The notes under the pieces were generated by a model, which was not told the origin of the DNA, made no database searches, and worked only from the letters and a program-made list of their open reading frames with translations. DNA of 64,000 bases from Callorhinchus milii (Eukaryota), in assembly GCF_018977255.1 (NCBI RefSeq), contig NW_024704743.1, positions 83,702,001 through 83,766,000 of the forward strand, written 5' to 3'. Shown here in pieces: positions 1-12,849 of the stretch; position 1 is the first letter of the stretch; every line of letters begins with the position of its first letter. A program made the translations under genes and the position numbers.

Positions 1-2251
1 GTGTTTTGTTTTGAATGAGGCTTGCAATCCAAAAATTCCTGATGGCAGCAATCCTTTAATTTGACAGCTGATAGAACATTTAGAGTTAATTGGATGAAGA
101 CCTCGAGATCAGTTAGAAGGTGAATAGAAGTCGTGCTGCACAAAATATATGCCACAAAGGTTGTGTAGCCCTCTGCAGTGGTGATGGTTTGGCAACATTG
201 TACGTGGATGAAAGGTAGCTGAGAATAAATATTCGAAGATGGGATTGCAGCACATCTTTTTCAGAGGCACTGAAACATTTAGAACTCAAATAATAGAATG
301 TGCCAATTCTGATAACAGCAGAGATCACAGTCACATGAAGAAAAACATCAGTGGCTGGTGATCAATTATTCATACACGATGATGGGGGCACTGATTATTT
401 TAGATTTATTTTAAGTGAACTATGTACAATTAGTTTGACTCTGTGATAATGCAGGTTAACTTAGTCTCGAGAAGCCCAGATTTAATCTTCAGCACAAGAT
501 CACGATATCAGCTGAAGCCTTAGTAGAAAGAAACGCAAACCATTGGCGAACTTACCTTATTGATGAACTTACCTTATAGACAGGAGCCAACATAATAATA
601 CCAGAGACCAATGTCCCTTCACTCTCTTAGAATAAATGATTAGCCCAGCCAGATAAAGCCAACAGCCTGAAGCCAATGTTCAGGCTTATAGCATTTACAC
701 GTTTCTTCTGAAACATTTCTTAGATCCTAATTTCGCTCTAGTGTGGCAGTACTTTTTTGTTTGCTGTACTCAAAGCTAGGCCATGCTCTCACGACAGTGT
801 CTTAACCTGGTTAACTGTTCAGCAAATACCAACAAATACCAAATAAAGGGTTAACTGAATTATCACACTCTCCAGGTTGCAGTTACATGCATCTTCTGCA
901 CATGGAACTGCAGTAAACTAACCAGAGAGAACTCATTCTGTTACACACCAGGAGACATCTCGTACTGCTTTAGCAGGGAAAGAAATAAACTATCTGAGTA
1001 TTTTTTGCCTTGACATTGCAATTCATCGCTAATTTCAGGACGTTAGTTGCAGGAAGAGCAGCCAAGAAAGCATTTAATTATGCAACGTATCATTAAATTA
1101 GAAGGGTCACTTCCATGATGCATGATAGCTGGTAGATAATACCGTACGCTGAGTAACTAAATCAAATAATAGTTATTTTTATTGTAGCGCAGTAACAGGG
1201 GGTGAAAAAGCAATATTCAATGGGATAATTATCACCAGTGATATAATCACATCATTGGAAATTCTGCCATGTCACTGTCTCAGTTGTAGCCTGCTTCCCT
1301 CCCATGCCCCCACCCACTCACACCAACTTTGTTAGGCAATTTCTAGTTGATAATTAAACACTGCCTGAGGGTGTGACCTTGTTTTACAAAGTTGGTGCGT
1401 TATCCAATTTGTTATTACTAAGAAACACTGGGGAGAAATTCCGCCTGTGTCTAGAATTATTCTATTTAGTATCTCAGAGCATCCACAATTTGGCAGATTC
1501 GCAAATTCAGCCTTACTTCTGCACGTTCTTTTAAGAATTTCCCAATTTCTTTTAAGCTTTTAATTTGCCAAATTCTGGAGTTTATGAAACACTACACAAA
1601 TAGATTAACTTTACACCCAGGAGGAGCTTTTACCCAGTTGTATTTTTCAATCTCCCTCAGGGCTGGGGATGGGGGAGAAGAGGCTGTTTCAGAATTACGG
1701 CCATTAAAAACTGCTCACGTATATACTGCCCACCATCAGCTGGTTTTGTGTTTCAAATATACCTTACACCTCCAGTACTAGTATTGCTCCATTCACAATA
1801 TTTAGGATGCATCATACTTACCATAGAGTGATTCAGAGCAATTGCCCAGTTTTGCTCTAAGGTGGATTCCCCCATCAGAAAGTTCACTTGTTAAAATCCA
1901 ATTACAATTGGCAGATTGTAAGCTACTTTTAGTGACTTGGATTGACGACTGTAGTGATATGAAGCAAACGCCTGTTGAAGCGATCAGCTTGACTATTTTG
2001 CCACCACACCTGGCAGCATGCAGCCGTTGTCTTTGGGGTTAGGTAAGTATTGGGGAAGGAGGGGGTTTGGGGCGAGGGGGGGAGTAAGTTTATATAATGG
2101 TAAAATATCACCAAAAACAATTAAATGATGAGATGGAATTGAAACTTCCAATAATGCAGATGTATTTTGGTGACGGTCCACCTTTGGATGATGATTTATG
2201 GTTAGCCAGTGTGACCTTGATGATTGTGAAAATACAGATCTTACACCTTAC

Positions 2252-2293
2252 CCAAATAAGTTTAGTGATAGCTGTACCTGCTCCGGACTTAGC
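2252..2293 (-). CDS. MBP: MBP exon, 42 nt, AKSGAGTAITKLIW (counterpart of mammalian GRGLSLSRFSW exon)
   Basis: Acceptor ctttctcgtcactactgcag|GCT, donor TGG|gtaagg, phase 0/0; resembles shark ARSGASRAITKFIW. Confidence 0.93.
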
Positions 2294-2638
2294 CTGCAGT
2301 AGTGACGAGAAAGGGAGCCATGATGATCACCAAATACAATTGAGGAATAAAGGCAATGATGCGGCTCAGAAAAAGATGGGGGTACAGAACACAAGATCTT
2401 GGTCCGATATTTATATTTAATGCAGGTGACTTATCAAATGCTGTTCCTAATGCACCTGTTAATCATACAAAAAAGTTGCTCATATGCTATCTTAACATTC
2501 TAGCAAACCAAGTATTAACTGTAAACAAAAGCCTGCTGCAAGGACCCAGCTGTATAGGACTTTCCATTTATTGATTTTTTTTTAAAACAAGAAAAATGCT
2601 ATCAAGCTGATGAACTGTCTACGCAACAGAATGATTAC

Positions 2639-2665
2639 CTTTGGTGGGGCTCTCTTCGGTGACAT
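2639..2665 (-). CDS. MBP: MBP micro-exon, 27 nt, MSPKRAPPK (counterpart of mammalian VTPRTPPPSQGK exon)
   Basis: Acceptor ttcttttttttcag|ATG, donor AAG|gtaatc, phase 0/0; resembles shark MSPKKAP. Confidence 0.92.
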
Positions 2666-3784
2666 CTGAAAAAAAAGAATATGATTCACGTCAGAGTATT
2701 GTTAACCTGGATGCATTCATATTATGCCTCCGTTTTAAAAACAATACATTTCAAAACCCAAAAGGCTTTACATTAACCGAACACTTCCCCTTATTTTCCT
2801 TCTATAATAATTATTTATTAATTTCAATTCCAAAATTGTGATCAGATGTTTGTTCAGCAAAGTTCCTTCACCAATTTTCTCCTCCCCTTTTCTCAAAGCG
2901 TTAGAACTCTTTTTGTGGCATGTTTTCGTGTTCCTGGACATCTTTTTGGGGTCCTTGCACACTCTGAGGTTCTCAAGCCTTGGATCTTGCAACCTGTGCC
3001 TAATACTTTCTGGAATTAGGTGAACAGGATGTGTCCCTCCAGGGATTCCATTCCAACACTCTCTCTCTGGGATTTTCATGCATGCAAATCTCAGCTTGAT
3101 TTGGATACTCTTAAACATGGCGATTGGTTTCTGCATGTGTCAGACACCCAGCTGACCAAATAAAATATATATTTTTTAAAATTGCCCAAATAGCCATGTG
3201 TGAACCTTGACACTGAGACACTGAGTATCAGCAGACTATTAGACAAAGGGGAAATCACTACTGAGATCAAGCTGTTGCCTTCAAGAAGTGTTCACAATCA
3301 GCAAGTATTACTGGATAGCTATCAGGAGCAGGAACATTATCTGATGCTAATTGTACCATTGCTACAGACAGAATAACCTTAGCGATGTACATATAGGTAG
3401 GATATATCAAAGCGTTTCACACAGCTGAATGGAAACCCAAACATGAGAAGGGATGAGGGGAGAACAGGTAGCTGAATGTGCAGTCAAAAAACTAAGGTCT
3501 TATGGCAGGTTCTGAAGACAGGGAGGTAGGGGACAAATACCCAAATGATCAAGTTTAGCACCTATGTAAATTAAATTAAATTAAATCAAATTCATTCAGC
3601 CTTTGAGAGGTAACTGATCATATATAAACTCATTCTTTTTCTCTCAGCACAAACCGATTCACAGAAAAGTATAGAGGAGCACTGAGTCAGATTTATAAAG
3701 CTTATCAAAAATGTGAAGATGTCCCATGATGTCTCATTGGTAAATTCATTGTCTGGAGTCCACCAACCTATGTCGATTTGAACA

Positions 3785-4010
3785 ATGATAGGTTTGACCT
3801 CTGCTCTGTACTGAATTAGCTAATCTCATCCAGGCCAGTAGTTGAGGTGTTACAACTAGCCTCAGCATTCTTGGTGAGGGAGGAAAAAAATCAGCCAGGG
3901 GTCTTGTTCCAGCTTGGTATCCAATTATCTCTGATGGAAAGTAAACATGTCTTGTGTGAGGGCAAGATAGGATTTGATTGTAATCTCTCTATCGTTGAAG
4001 AGCCCGCTAG
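3785..4010 (+). mobile_element. Old SINE-like repeat, family not assigned
   Basis: tactgaattagctaatctca...aaatcagccaggg...tatcca blocks recur at about 8495-8860 (+), 3190-3340 (-) and 12720-12820 (-). Confidence 0.55.
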
Positions 4011-4186
4011 GTGTGACTGCGCTTTATATGATATTTCTGATCTTAATTAGCACAATATATTAAGGAATACCACAAATGTTACCCTTATGTTTCCAACAGT
4101 GCCCTTGAAATGCAATTTCCCTTTAGTATGTATTAAAATTGTCATCTTGAAGAATCACACAATATACAAAAACAACAATTTCTCAC

Positions 4187-4288
4187 CACATTCTTAAAGA
4201 AGTGGACAACAGCATTATCATCAGGTTTAGGTGCTGGTTGAGGCTTGTGTATGGTAAGAGCAGCTTGGACAGTCTTGGTCAAAGAATC
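4187..4288 (-). CDS. MBP: MBP exon, 102 nt, DSLTKTVQAALTIHKPQPAPKPDDNAVVHFFKNV (central amphipathic helix)
   Basis: Translated by hand (absent from the ORF track). Hallmark VVHFFKN motif, acceptor tctgtatttcag|GAT, donor GTG|gtgaga, phase 0/0. Confidence 0.96.
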
Positions 4289-6794
4289 CTGAAATACAGA
4301 ATGTGTATATTAGCATAGAGATCACAGTTAGTTTATATTAAAAAAAACTAGGAGAAGAGCTGTCAACCGGGAAAAGAATTGAGCAGATGTATATATTGTT
4401 AACCTCTCATCAAACATGAAGCATATGAGTAGTGCAGATATTTTTAGCCAAAGCTTATCTTAGCCTTATACACTAAGATAAGTTTTGTCAGGACTTTGAA
4501 CGCACAGCCTATATTGATACTTCAAAGCAGGGTGTACTACATTGTTGGAGGTATCATCCTTTAAACCAAGCTCCTGTTTGTCTGTTCAACATAAGGACAT
4601 AGGAAATGCTAGTTGAAAAAAGACTAAGGTCCATCTAGTTTGTCTTCCACCTTCCTGGCAGTCACATGCATATATGTGCTGAACTACCTATGTCCTATAT
4701 CCCATAATATTATTTCCTAAAAGAAAACTATCTTATCTGTGTTTCAAAGAATCAATATTTCTTGCTTCAACCATCTCCCTACCCCCAACTCTTGAAAAAC
4801 AGCTCCAAAAAAGTAGAAGTAACCTATTCAAACCTGTCTTCCCAGAGTATGGAGAGGGATATGGCACGTGATAATATCACATGTTGTATTTTGCTTGTCC
4901 ACAAGTGCAAAGTTTGCTTTCTCTACACTATTGCCAGGGAAATTACCTACAGATTCCAAGCAGTTTATCCACAGCGCTGCTAGAAATCACACTGCTCAAG
5001 TATCTCCAAGACAATCATTGTTAAATTAAGATCCGATGCCACTGATACTTAAATAAATATATTATAGGCACTTTGTGGAGTAAATTGCAGTGTAACAGGG
5101 AGAAGCCATCTTTTAAATCTGTTTGAAAAATACATCTTAATTTGAACAGCCGCTTTGAAAGGATGCGCAAATGTTTGGCTATGTGACAAAAAAAGAATAG
5201 ACTATCTTTATAACAACAAAAGCAATTATATAAGCAGGACCATGTTCTAAGTTACATAGTTACTGTATTCTATTGCTAACAAAAAGAGACATTACTATTG
5301 TCATGGAAACACACCCACAAGGTTCATTTACGTCTTTCTCTGTATTCTTGGGGTGATTGAAATACACAGTTCGTGAACATTAATATAATAGCTGAAACAA
5401 ACCCAAAGCAATACAAGGAGTTGTTAAGTTAACAAAGTGCTTCAAAATGTCTTATATTCCAGCTGGTACAGTGTGTTACTTTTAAATGCACCCTACATCC
5501 CAGAAGAGCAGTGATGTCTTAACACCATTCACAGTTGCTAAGGTAACCATGCCATAATAAGAAAATTTTCTGTTGCTGGGTTTTCGATACAAAAATATTT
5601 TTTCTTGACTGCTTGGGCCATTATACTGATGAATTATTTTACAGAAAAATCAATGAAAAATGATAAGCTCGGCAAGGGTTTGATGGATTGGGTGGGATGA
5701 TAGGTTAGCACAGTGTTTCTGGGTTAGAATCCAGCAATAGACTCATGGGATGCTAGGCTTTTCTGTAAATGTGACTTTATGATCCAGTTTTGAGTGAAGA
5801 CTCAGGTTTAACATCACAATGACCCTGCCTCTCCCACCCCCACCCCGCTGCTAAATTGCCTTTTCAGAATCTCCACAAAAATAGCTTGAGCAGAAAACAG
5901 AAACTATCACTAAGATTACATTTTCTCCAAGTGAAAGTTACATCAGCTCCTAAGACGTTGGGATCTGAGGCAATCTTGGGTGGAGAAGAGTTCTTGTGAT
6001 TTGGTGTTTTCCTCACAGTAAACAAGTGTTATGTTGTGAGGTGCTTTTCCCAGCAGTGAGCCACAAGTCACACTACTCCTTTCGAGAACAGTGCTTTATC
6101 AACCTCACTGTTGAAGAAGAGCAAACTTCTAACCAGGACATTTTGTGGCTGACTTGCATGTCATGTAATAAAAATACTAATCCTTACATTTTGTGGGAGT
6201 GCTTTTCCCATTGACAGGATGTCTAAAAGTGCTTCACGGGATTTATTGTAAGGTGTTGTTACTATGTATTATGTAAGCAAACGGGATAACCAATTTTGGC
6301 ACAGCAATGTCACACATGTCCCAATATCTTGCGGCCCTAGGTACAAAAGTGGAAAGTCCTCAGTTCCCCAGCACTAGAATCCATCCCTTTGATTAAAAGA
6401 AAGTAAACGAAAACCATTTCACATTTTGACTGGTCAGAAGTTCTCAAATTTGAAGCTTAGCAAATTTCATCTTTGGAGACATATTGTCTATTTGCCATTT
6501 GATATCTCAGCAGGGAATTTATTTACTACTGAAGCAAAGTGCAGCAAAGCAAAACATGTGTGAATAGTTCTACACAAGAAACAGATGATTTATCCTCTGC
6601 TCTTTCAAAACTATTGTTTCTGTGAGTGAATTTTTTTAAGCAAATGGAAGAACACTTTATCAAAGCTTCTTGGAAATTACTGTTACAGCCTTATATAGGA
6701 GTGATATTCCTTCTGCTAGCAATCCACTCTACATTGGAAGCTAAGTTATTGTACTCTGTATACTCTATGTAGAGGATTCTTTTACATGACCTGA

Positions 6795-7020
6795 ACAACA
6801 ACAACAACAGGATTCCATTTATAGAGCGCCTTTCACGTCGGGAGGACGTCCCAAGGTGCTGTACAGTTGGGTCAGGACCCGAGCAGGGGGGAAATGGTCA
6901 GGGTGAGGTGAGGGAAGGGAGGGAGCGAGGAGGGGGTAGAGAGTCGAGAGGGGAGCTGAAGGCACGGTCAAAGAGAAAGGTCTTGAGACTGCCCTTGAAG
7001 GAGGAAAGGGAGGAGGCACC
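6795..7020 (-). mobile_element. L2 LINE 3' end
   Basis: (AAC)n tail, atttatagagcgcctttcacgtcgggaggacgtccc terminal motif and purine-rich 3' UTR. Confidence 0.7.
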
Positions 7021-10000
7021 ATGAATGAACACCATTGTGTTTACATATATAGCAGCTTATAAATAACTCTAATCTTGTAATAAAAGTTTAAATAACATAA
7101 CAATCATGAAGATGGAAAATTTAACTAGATTTTAAAATTTTCATGACAACTATTTACAAGAGTAAATTTGCAAAATTTACTAAAATTAGGAAAATGGTCT
7201 AATTTGCTCTGTAATAATCCCCCCCATCCCACCCACCCCCTCAATATATCTACATCGGAGCCATTGCCAGATTTACGTAGGTAACCTTTGCAGACATCAT
7301 AGTTTACTTTATCTTGTTCACTTAAAGGCTGCTACTGTAACACTGTTATCTACAAAGGCTGTTTTCCTCTTGGGACGCTGTTTAAGATGTCAAGTAAAAC
7401 AAAGATGAGAAGTATATAAAGGCAAGATGAGAACCAGTGATCTTTTGCAAACATTAAATAGTATTATTAAATCACACTGCAATCATTTGTAGTGATGGAA
7501 TTGACTTTTCATGTTTTGCTCAACAACAACTTGCATTGATATAGTACCCTTTATTCAGGATAATGTCTCAGATAGAGAGGAGGGTGAGATGGAGGATGCA
7601 GGGAGGGAGTTCCAATGGTTAAGCACGTGGTTGTTGAATACTTGGCAAGGGGGCATGGAGGACACACAACTTGCTCAAGTTAGCTGGGTTGGGAGTGGGT
7701 GAGCAGAAGATCACAGAAATAGGGAAATGTTTAGTTGTTTGGTGGTTCTGCTGAGTAGGAAGATTCAGCATAAGGGTGTAAATGAAATGATTGGCATAGA
7801 AAAATTCACAGCAATGTGATCATTGATGTGCTGATATAAAAACACCATTCTCACATCAGTTTCTAGAATGTTGTGAAATACAATCTAAGGCCATGAGCTT
7901 AAAAAAGCACTCAAATGGCAACATTGATGCTTCGTGCTAAACAATGATCTTGTGACATAAACTTTGTTTCCTCCTGGGAAACCCTTACTTACCTGTGAGA
8001 CGTTGGATCCAACTTGAGATCTCCCCAAAATCAAGGCCTCCTCATTTGGTGTGACGCATCAGAGTTTTTCCATTAGAAAACAGTTTGCATCATATATCTT
8101 AAGGTGTGTCAGTCAGCCTGGCTTTGTTGATAGCACTTTCGCCTCCGAGTCAGAGGTTGTGGATTCATGCACCTCTTTGGAGCTTTAAACCCATTTTGTC
8201 TAGGCTGATACTCGAGTGCAGTCCTTGAGGCTTGCTACCTTGTTGGAGATGCTGTCTTTTGGATGAGATTTTAAATCATTTCATGGCTGTTTGTGTGACA
8301 TTGATATGCACAAATTAGCTGCTGTGTTTTGCCTGTAAAATACACATTCACTGCATTGTACAGTATATACTGTGAAGTGCTTTGAAATGTCCTTCTAACA
8401 TGAGGGGCCCAGTACTAAATCTAAGGATTATTATTATTTTGTTAAGATGTTTCATGTTACAATATGTTTTATTCAGCACAACGTTGGGACTTTGTTTGTA
8501 CTGAGTTAACTGATGTCAGCTATTGTATGATGCTCAGGGTCTTATAATTAGCCTTAGTGCAAACAGAGTGGGGTGGTGGGGGGGGGGGGGTAAGAAATCA
8601 GCCAAGGTTCCTGTTCCTGTACCCTATCTAGTATTCTCTGCTTGAAAATGAATATGAACACTGAATGTACAAAAGGATGAGGATTGATTGTGATGCCCTA
8701 TCCCCCAACATACGGTTGCACAGCGCAGGACACTCTGTTATCTATGCCTATGTTTGAAAAGTGGCCACTTTGGTAATACGGGAGGGGTATAATGCATTGA
8801 CCTTGGAGCTCTACCTCAACACAAGTCAGGCCTTCAAGAGAGAAAGGAGAAAATGGAAGGGAAAAGTACTATCAAGCCTCTTTCTTCCACAGGGCATCAA
8901 CAATCTGTCTCCTCACAATCTCTATCCAATTAATTTAGTGTCCTCAGGGACACTAAATTAAAGCTGTATAAATACGCTCTGATCCCCAAAGGTTATTAAG
9001 CAAAACACCAGGGATATGTATTTGTATCCACATTAGTACTATTTAACCCTGGCCACCTACCTGGGACAGTTATATAAACCATTCAAACACCATTGTCACT
9101 TCTACCAAGGTAGTTTTCCTCACATTAACTTTTTTTTACAATAAATCACTGCTGTGCTCTCCATATGAGAAGGAAAAGTTAAATAAGGAATCTTGGCGTA
9201 ATGTTTTGACGCAAAGTGAACATCATGACAATATGTTTAAATGATTTATGCTCTTTATCATTAACATGACAGAGAGTAGCAGGACCCAGTGAGAGAGATA
9301 TTCTATCCTAAACCAAGCCCGTCCAAATGTGTAAAACAAATATCAGTGGGGTGTGAAATGAAACCTTATCTATTGATGTTTAGCACATGAAATTCTTGCT
9401 GCAAGTGGTGCATTTATAATATCCTGCAAAATAATACCACAAGGTTGCCTGTCTGTCTCAGCTATTTCGTAGCACCATGCCCTCTGATATGAGTCTTAGA
9501 TTTAAACTTGCTTTAATAAAATATGCTATTCTTTCATCTGTGCTGGGCTGTTGGTAATTTTCCTATGCACTCTGGTGTTTGATGTTTGGACTTACAGTGA
9601 CATTATAAAGTATAGTAGCAAAGCAGAACAAGCTGACAGCAAAAGTTCAATCACATCTGCTATAATAATCCTTTGGTTTTCTCCCTGCCAATAACAGGTT
9701 ACCTACCACCCTTCATACACAGTTCCTTGTCACAAATAGAATGGTCTCAAAGGCAATGAAAAATTATACTTACGCAATGTTCCAAGGTTGATTTTTTAAA
9801 AAAGTACGTACTCTCAACGACCTAAGGATTATACTTCTTTCTGCTGGGTATGTGTGTTTGTGTGTGTGTGGTGGGTGGGGGCGGGGGGGGGGGGCGGTGT
9901 TTAAAATCAAATCTTAATATGGCATTGATAGTACGTCATCAGTCAAACTGCCCAAGGTTTCAACTGCAATAACAGATTGAATAATCTGTGCCCATTGTGT

Positions 10001-10060
10001 TTGACCTGCCGCAGTATGCTGCCTTGTAATGAAATCAAACTGTAGCTATATTGATTAAAC

Positions 10061-10200
10061 AGTTCTGATGAAAGGTCATTGACCTGAAACATTAACTAAT
10101 TTTCCTCTCTCCATGGATGCTGCCTGACCTGCTGCGTGTTCCCTGCGACTTCTGTGATTATATCAGATTTTCAGCATCTGCAGTACTTTGCCTTTTGCAT
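10061..10200 (+). mobile_element. Penelope-like element terminal fragment with a minimal hammerhead-type motif
   Basis: CTGATGA-stem-GAAAC followed by gatgctgcctgacctgctg..cagcatctgcag; related copies at 37129-37220 (+) and 41685-41793 (-). Confidence 0.6.
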
Positions 10201-11559
10201 TTATATAGTGCCTTTTTCATCGGGAGGAAGTCCCAAGGCACTGTCAAATTTCCTTGTTGAGCTCTATTTCCCATCCTGAATGCTCCTTGTGCATATAAAA
10301 GGAGTTTTTGTCAATGCAAAGGTATTGGTAGAAGAAGATTGAAAATTGTGCCTCAAGGACTGGAGGAAATAATAATAAATCCTATTAGGCGTATCTCTTA
10401 CATTTGATACAGCACCTTCCACATTGGGAGGACATCTTAAAGCACTTTGCAGGATATACTATAAAGTGCAGGTACTGCGTATTTTGTAGGTGAATGTGGA
10501 AGTCAATTTGCAAACAGCAATATCTCATTAACAGCCATGAAGTAAATAACCAAATCTTAAGGAAGATATTGGGAAGAAATGCCCCGACACAGAGAGAGGG
10601 GGGAAAAACTGAGACAGATAGATGAAAGAGGAAGATGTAAGAGGAATTACCAGTATTCACAACCTGGATTTGATGCCCAAATTGCTCTCTTTGTTTATCT
10701 CACCAGTCTTTCTCAGACTTTGCTGGCTTCCAGGAATAGCCACTTCGTGAATCCATCAAATTGAGTGACTCATTATATGTGCAAGCAACAAGATATAAAT
10801 ATACGTTGAACATATAAGATGCACTTTAACCAACCCACAAGAATGCCACTCTGAAAGTAAATCGAGATAGACAGATTTCCCATGCTTTGTTCTCACAGTT
10901 TCCTTAATTAAGAAATTCCTATTAGAAATCAGTGTATTGTGAATCCTATTAGGCATATCTTGAATATCTTTTTCAACTGAATAATGCAAGTGAGTGTCAA
11001 GACAGCAGTGTAGATGATCAACAGCACTATAGCCTACAACAACATAATTAGGCTTGTGAACATCTGGCTCCTTCACAGGCTGGAATTCTATACCCAAAGA
11101 AAGCAATTGAATCCAAAATCCAATTGTATATTTAAAGTAGCTTCAAACTAAGAAAGAAAACAGTGCAAAATGAGCAAAAATGGATCTGTCCTATCCATGT
11201 AGTACTATTTTTACTTTCCATATGCAGTCCTTACAATTATTTTCCCCCACAAAACAGTCAATATATTATGTGAAGCTCTTTGAAATGTCTAGAAGACTTG
11301 ATAAGGCACTATATCAAATGCAAGGATTATTATTATGTACATTGAACTAATTTCCTAGTGATCAGCCCAGGAACACACCCTTTTGAGCTCTCTTTGTAGG
11401 ATTTTCGCTGCCTTCTCTAACTCCACAGTTCCTGCTAAAATGTGGCAACATTAGTAAATTTAAGTCCCATGCATTGAGTCTGTCAGTGCTGGTCAGTAAT
11501 GTACACAAGCAATAGGAGGGATCCCTAGGCACTTAATACTTCCCCAATTTTAACATAGC

Positions 11560-11735
11560 TCTGTACCAAATCCACATCCAAGCCTCATCTTTGATGCTGA
11601 GTATAAAGGTCTGATGCTTTGTCAAAGGCTTTACTGGAAGTCCAGACAGTGATACAGCTTTCCACTGTCAAAATGGGTCATGCTCAAAAAAATCTATGAG
11701 TTTGGTCAAGAAAATCTGTTTTTATGACTTGATCC
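11560..11735 (-). mobile_element. CR1-type LINE RT remnant
   Basis: Reverse complement encodes degraded TKLIDFFE and LDFQ/KAFDK-like motifs; other probable CR1 remnants at about 10840-10960, 25340-25620, 38540-38690 and 46340-46500. Confidence 0.6.
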
Positions 11736-12849
11736 AGCATTCCTTCACACTCCTCACAACAGGCTTCTGTTTAGGAACCCAGTAAACTGATTGGGACACT
11801 GCAGCCAATCCATTAAAAAGATATCTAACTTCATGACAAAGTATAGCTAATCTTTAGAGAGCTTGCACAATGACTGAGCTTGATAAAGGACATGACAATT
11901 GTAGTGAAGTGCCTAGAGAGCAATCATTTGTGCAAAACACTTCTTTGAAACACTCAGCTGCTGAACTATTTAAAGGGGGCACTCTTTCTCTGAAAATATT
12001 CTGGCAAAATATTTTTTTGCAAGCATTTCTTGACTTTAATCACACCCTGTGACGACAATGGTGTGTGGATGTTCTGGTTCATTTATCTTGGCAAATATAT
12101 AAACATGAGTCCTTTTTTCATGAAGACAGGGTTCCCTTCAATGTGACTGATCCTGGAAGACTAGAGAATGCAAGTTTTAACTGTCTAATCTGCTTCCGTA
12201 ATCTGGAGCAATGTGGGGCAGGCCTGTCACTCATTTCTACTTTTGGTGTATTTAACTTTTTTACTTTTAATGAAATCATCCATTTTTCCTACCAATGTAC
12301 TCCCCTTTCTTCATTCTGTCCCTATCTCACCTGAAGTTCTTTAATACCTTTTTTTCCTTCCACTGGAACACATTTCCATAGGTACCAGTCAACCCTGACA
12401 CTCCAATGCAGTGCTGTAGGTTTGTTGCATTGTAGGCGATGACATGCTTCAGATGTACCATTAAGTCGAGCTCTTGCCTGCCCATTCAGATTCAAAAAGA
12501 GAAGGCTGTTTCTCCCGGTGTCCTGGTCAACAATTCCCCAAAATAAAATTGGTAATTGTTTCATGGCTGTGTGTGGGACATTGCTATGTGCAATTGGGCT
12601 GCAGTGTTCATCCTACAACAGTAAATTCTGTGAAGCACTTTGGAACAGCCACCCGATGTGAAAGCACTGTACCAATCAATTGTTATTTGTTATCCCCTTG
12701 TTCCTCACAGTGAAGGCCAATATCTGCATACAAACCTTGAGGAGTGAGTGTCAGAAGACAACTTGACTTTAGGGAGAATCACAGCCAAGCCTGATTCTGT
12801 CCTTTCATAATGAACCTACATTTGCAATCTGTGCTGCGTTTGCTGCTTT

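Noticed and set aside
1815..1860. Possible 35-nt exon ending ATG|gtaagt
   Set aside because: Frameshifting length, weak acceptor and no similarity to the expected GTDGQ-type exon.
4141..4156. Minus-strand FFKM resembling the penultimate MBP exon
   Set aside because: Preceded by an in-frame TGA, in the wrong exon order and without splice sites.
5680..6010. LF-SINE-like ancient element
   Set aside because: Resemblance is too degraded to support by eye; needs a Dfam HMM search.
7985..8070. Strong CAG|GTAAGT donor suggesting an exon-2-like cassette
   Set aside because: No polypyrimidine acceptor, an in-frame stop upstream and no MBP similarity.
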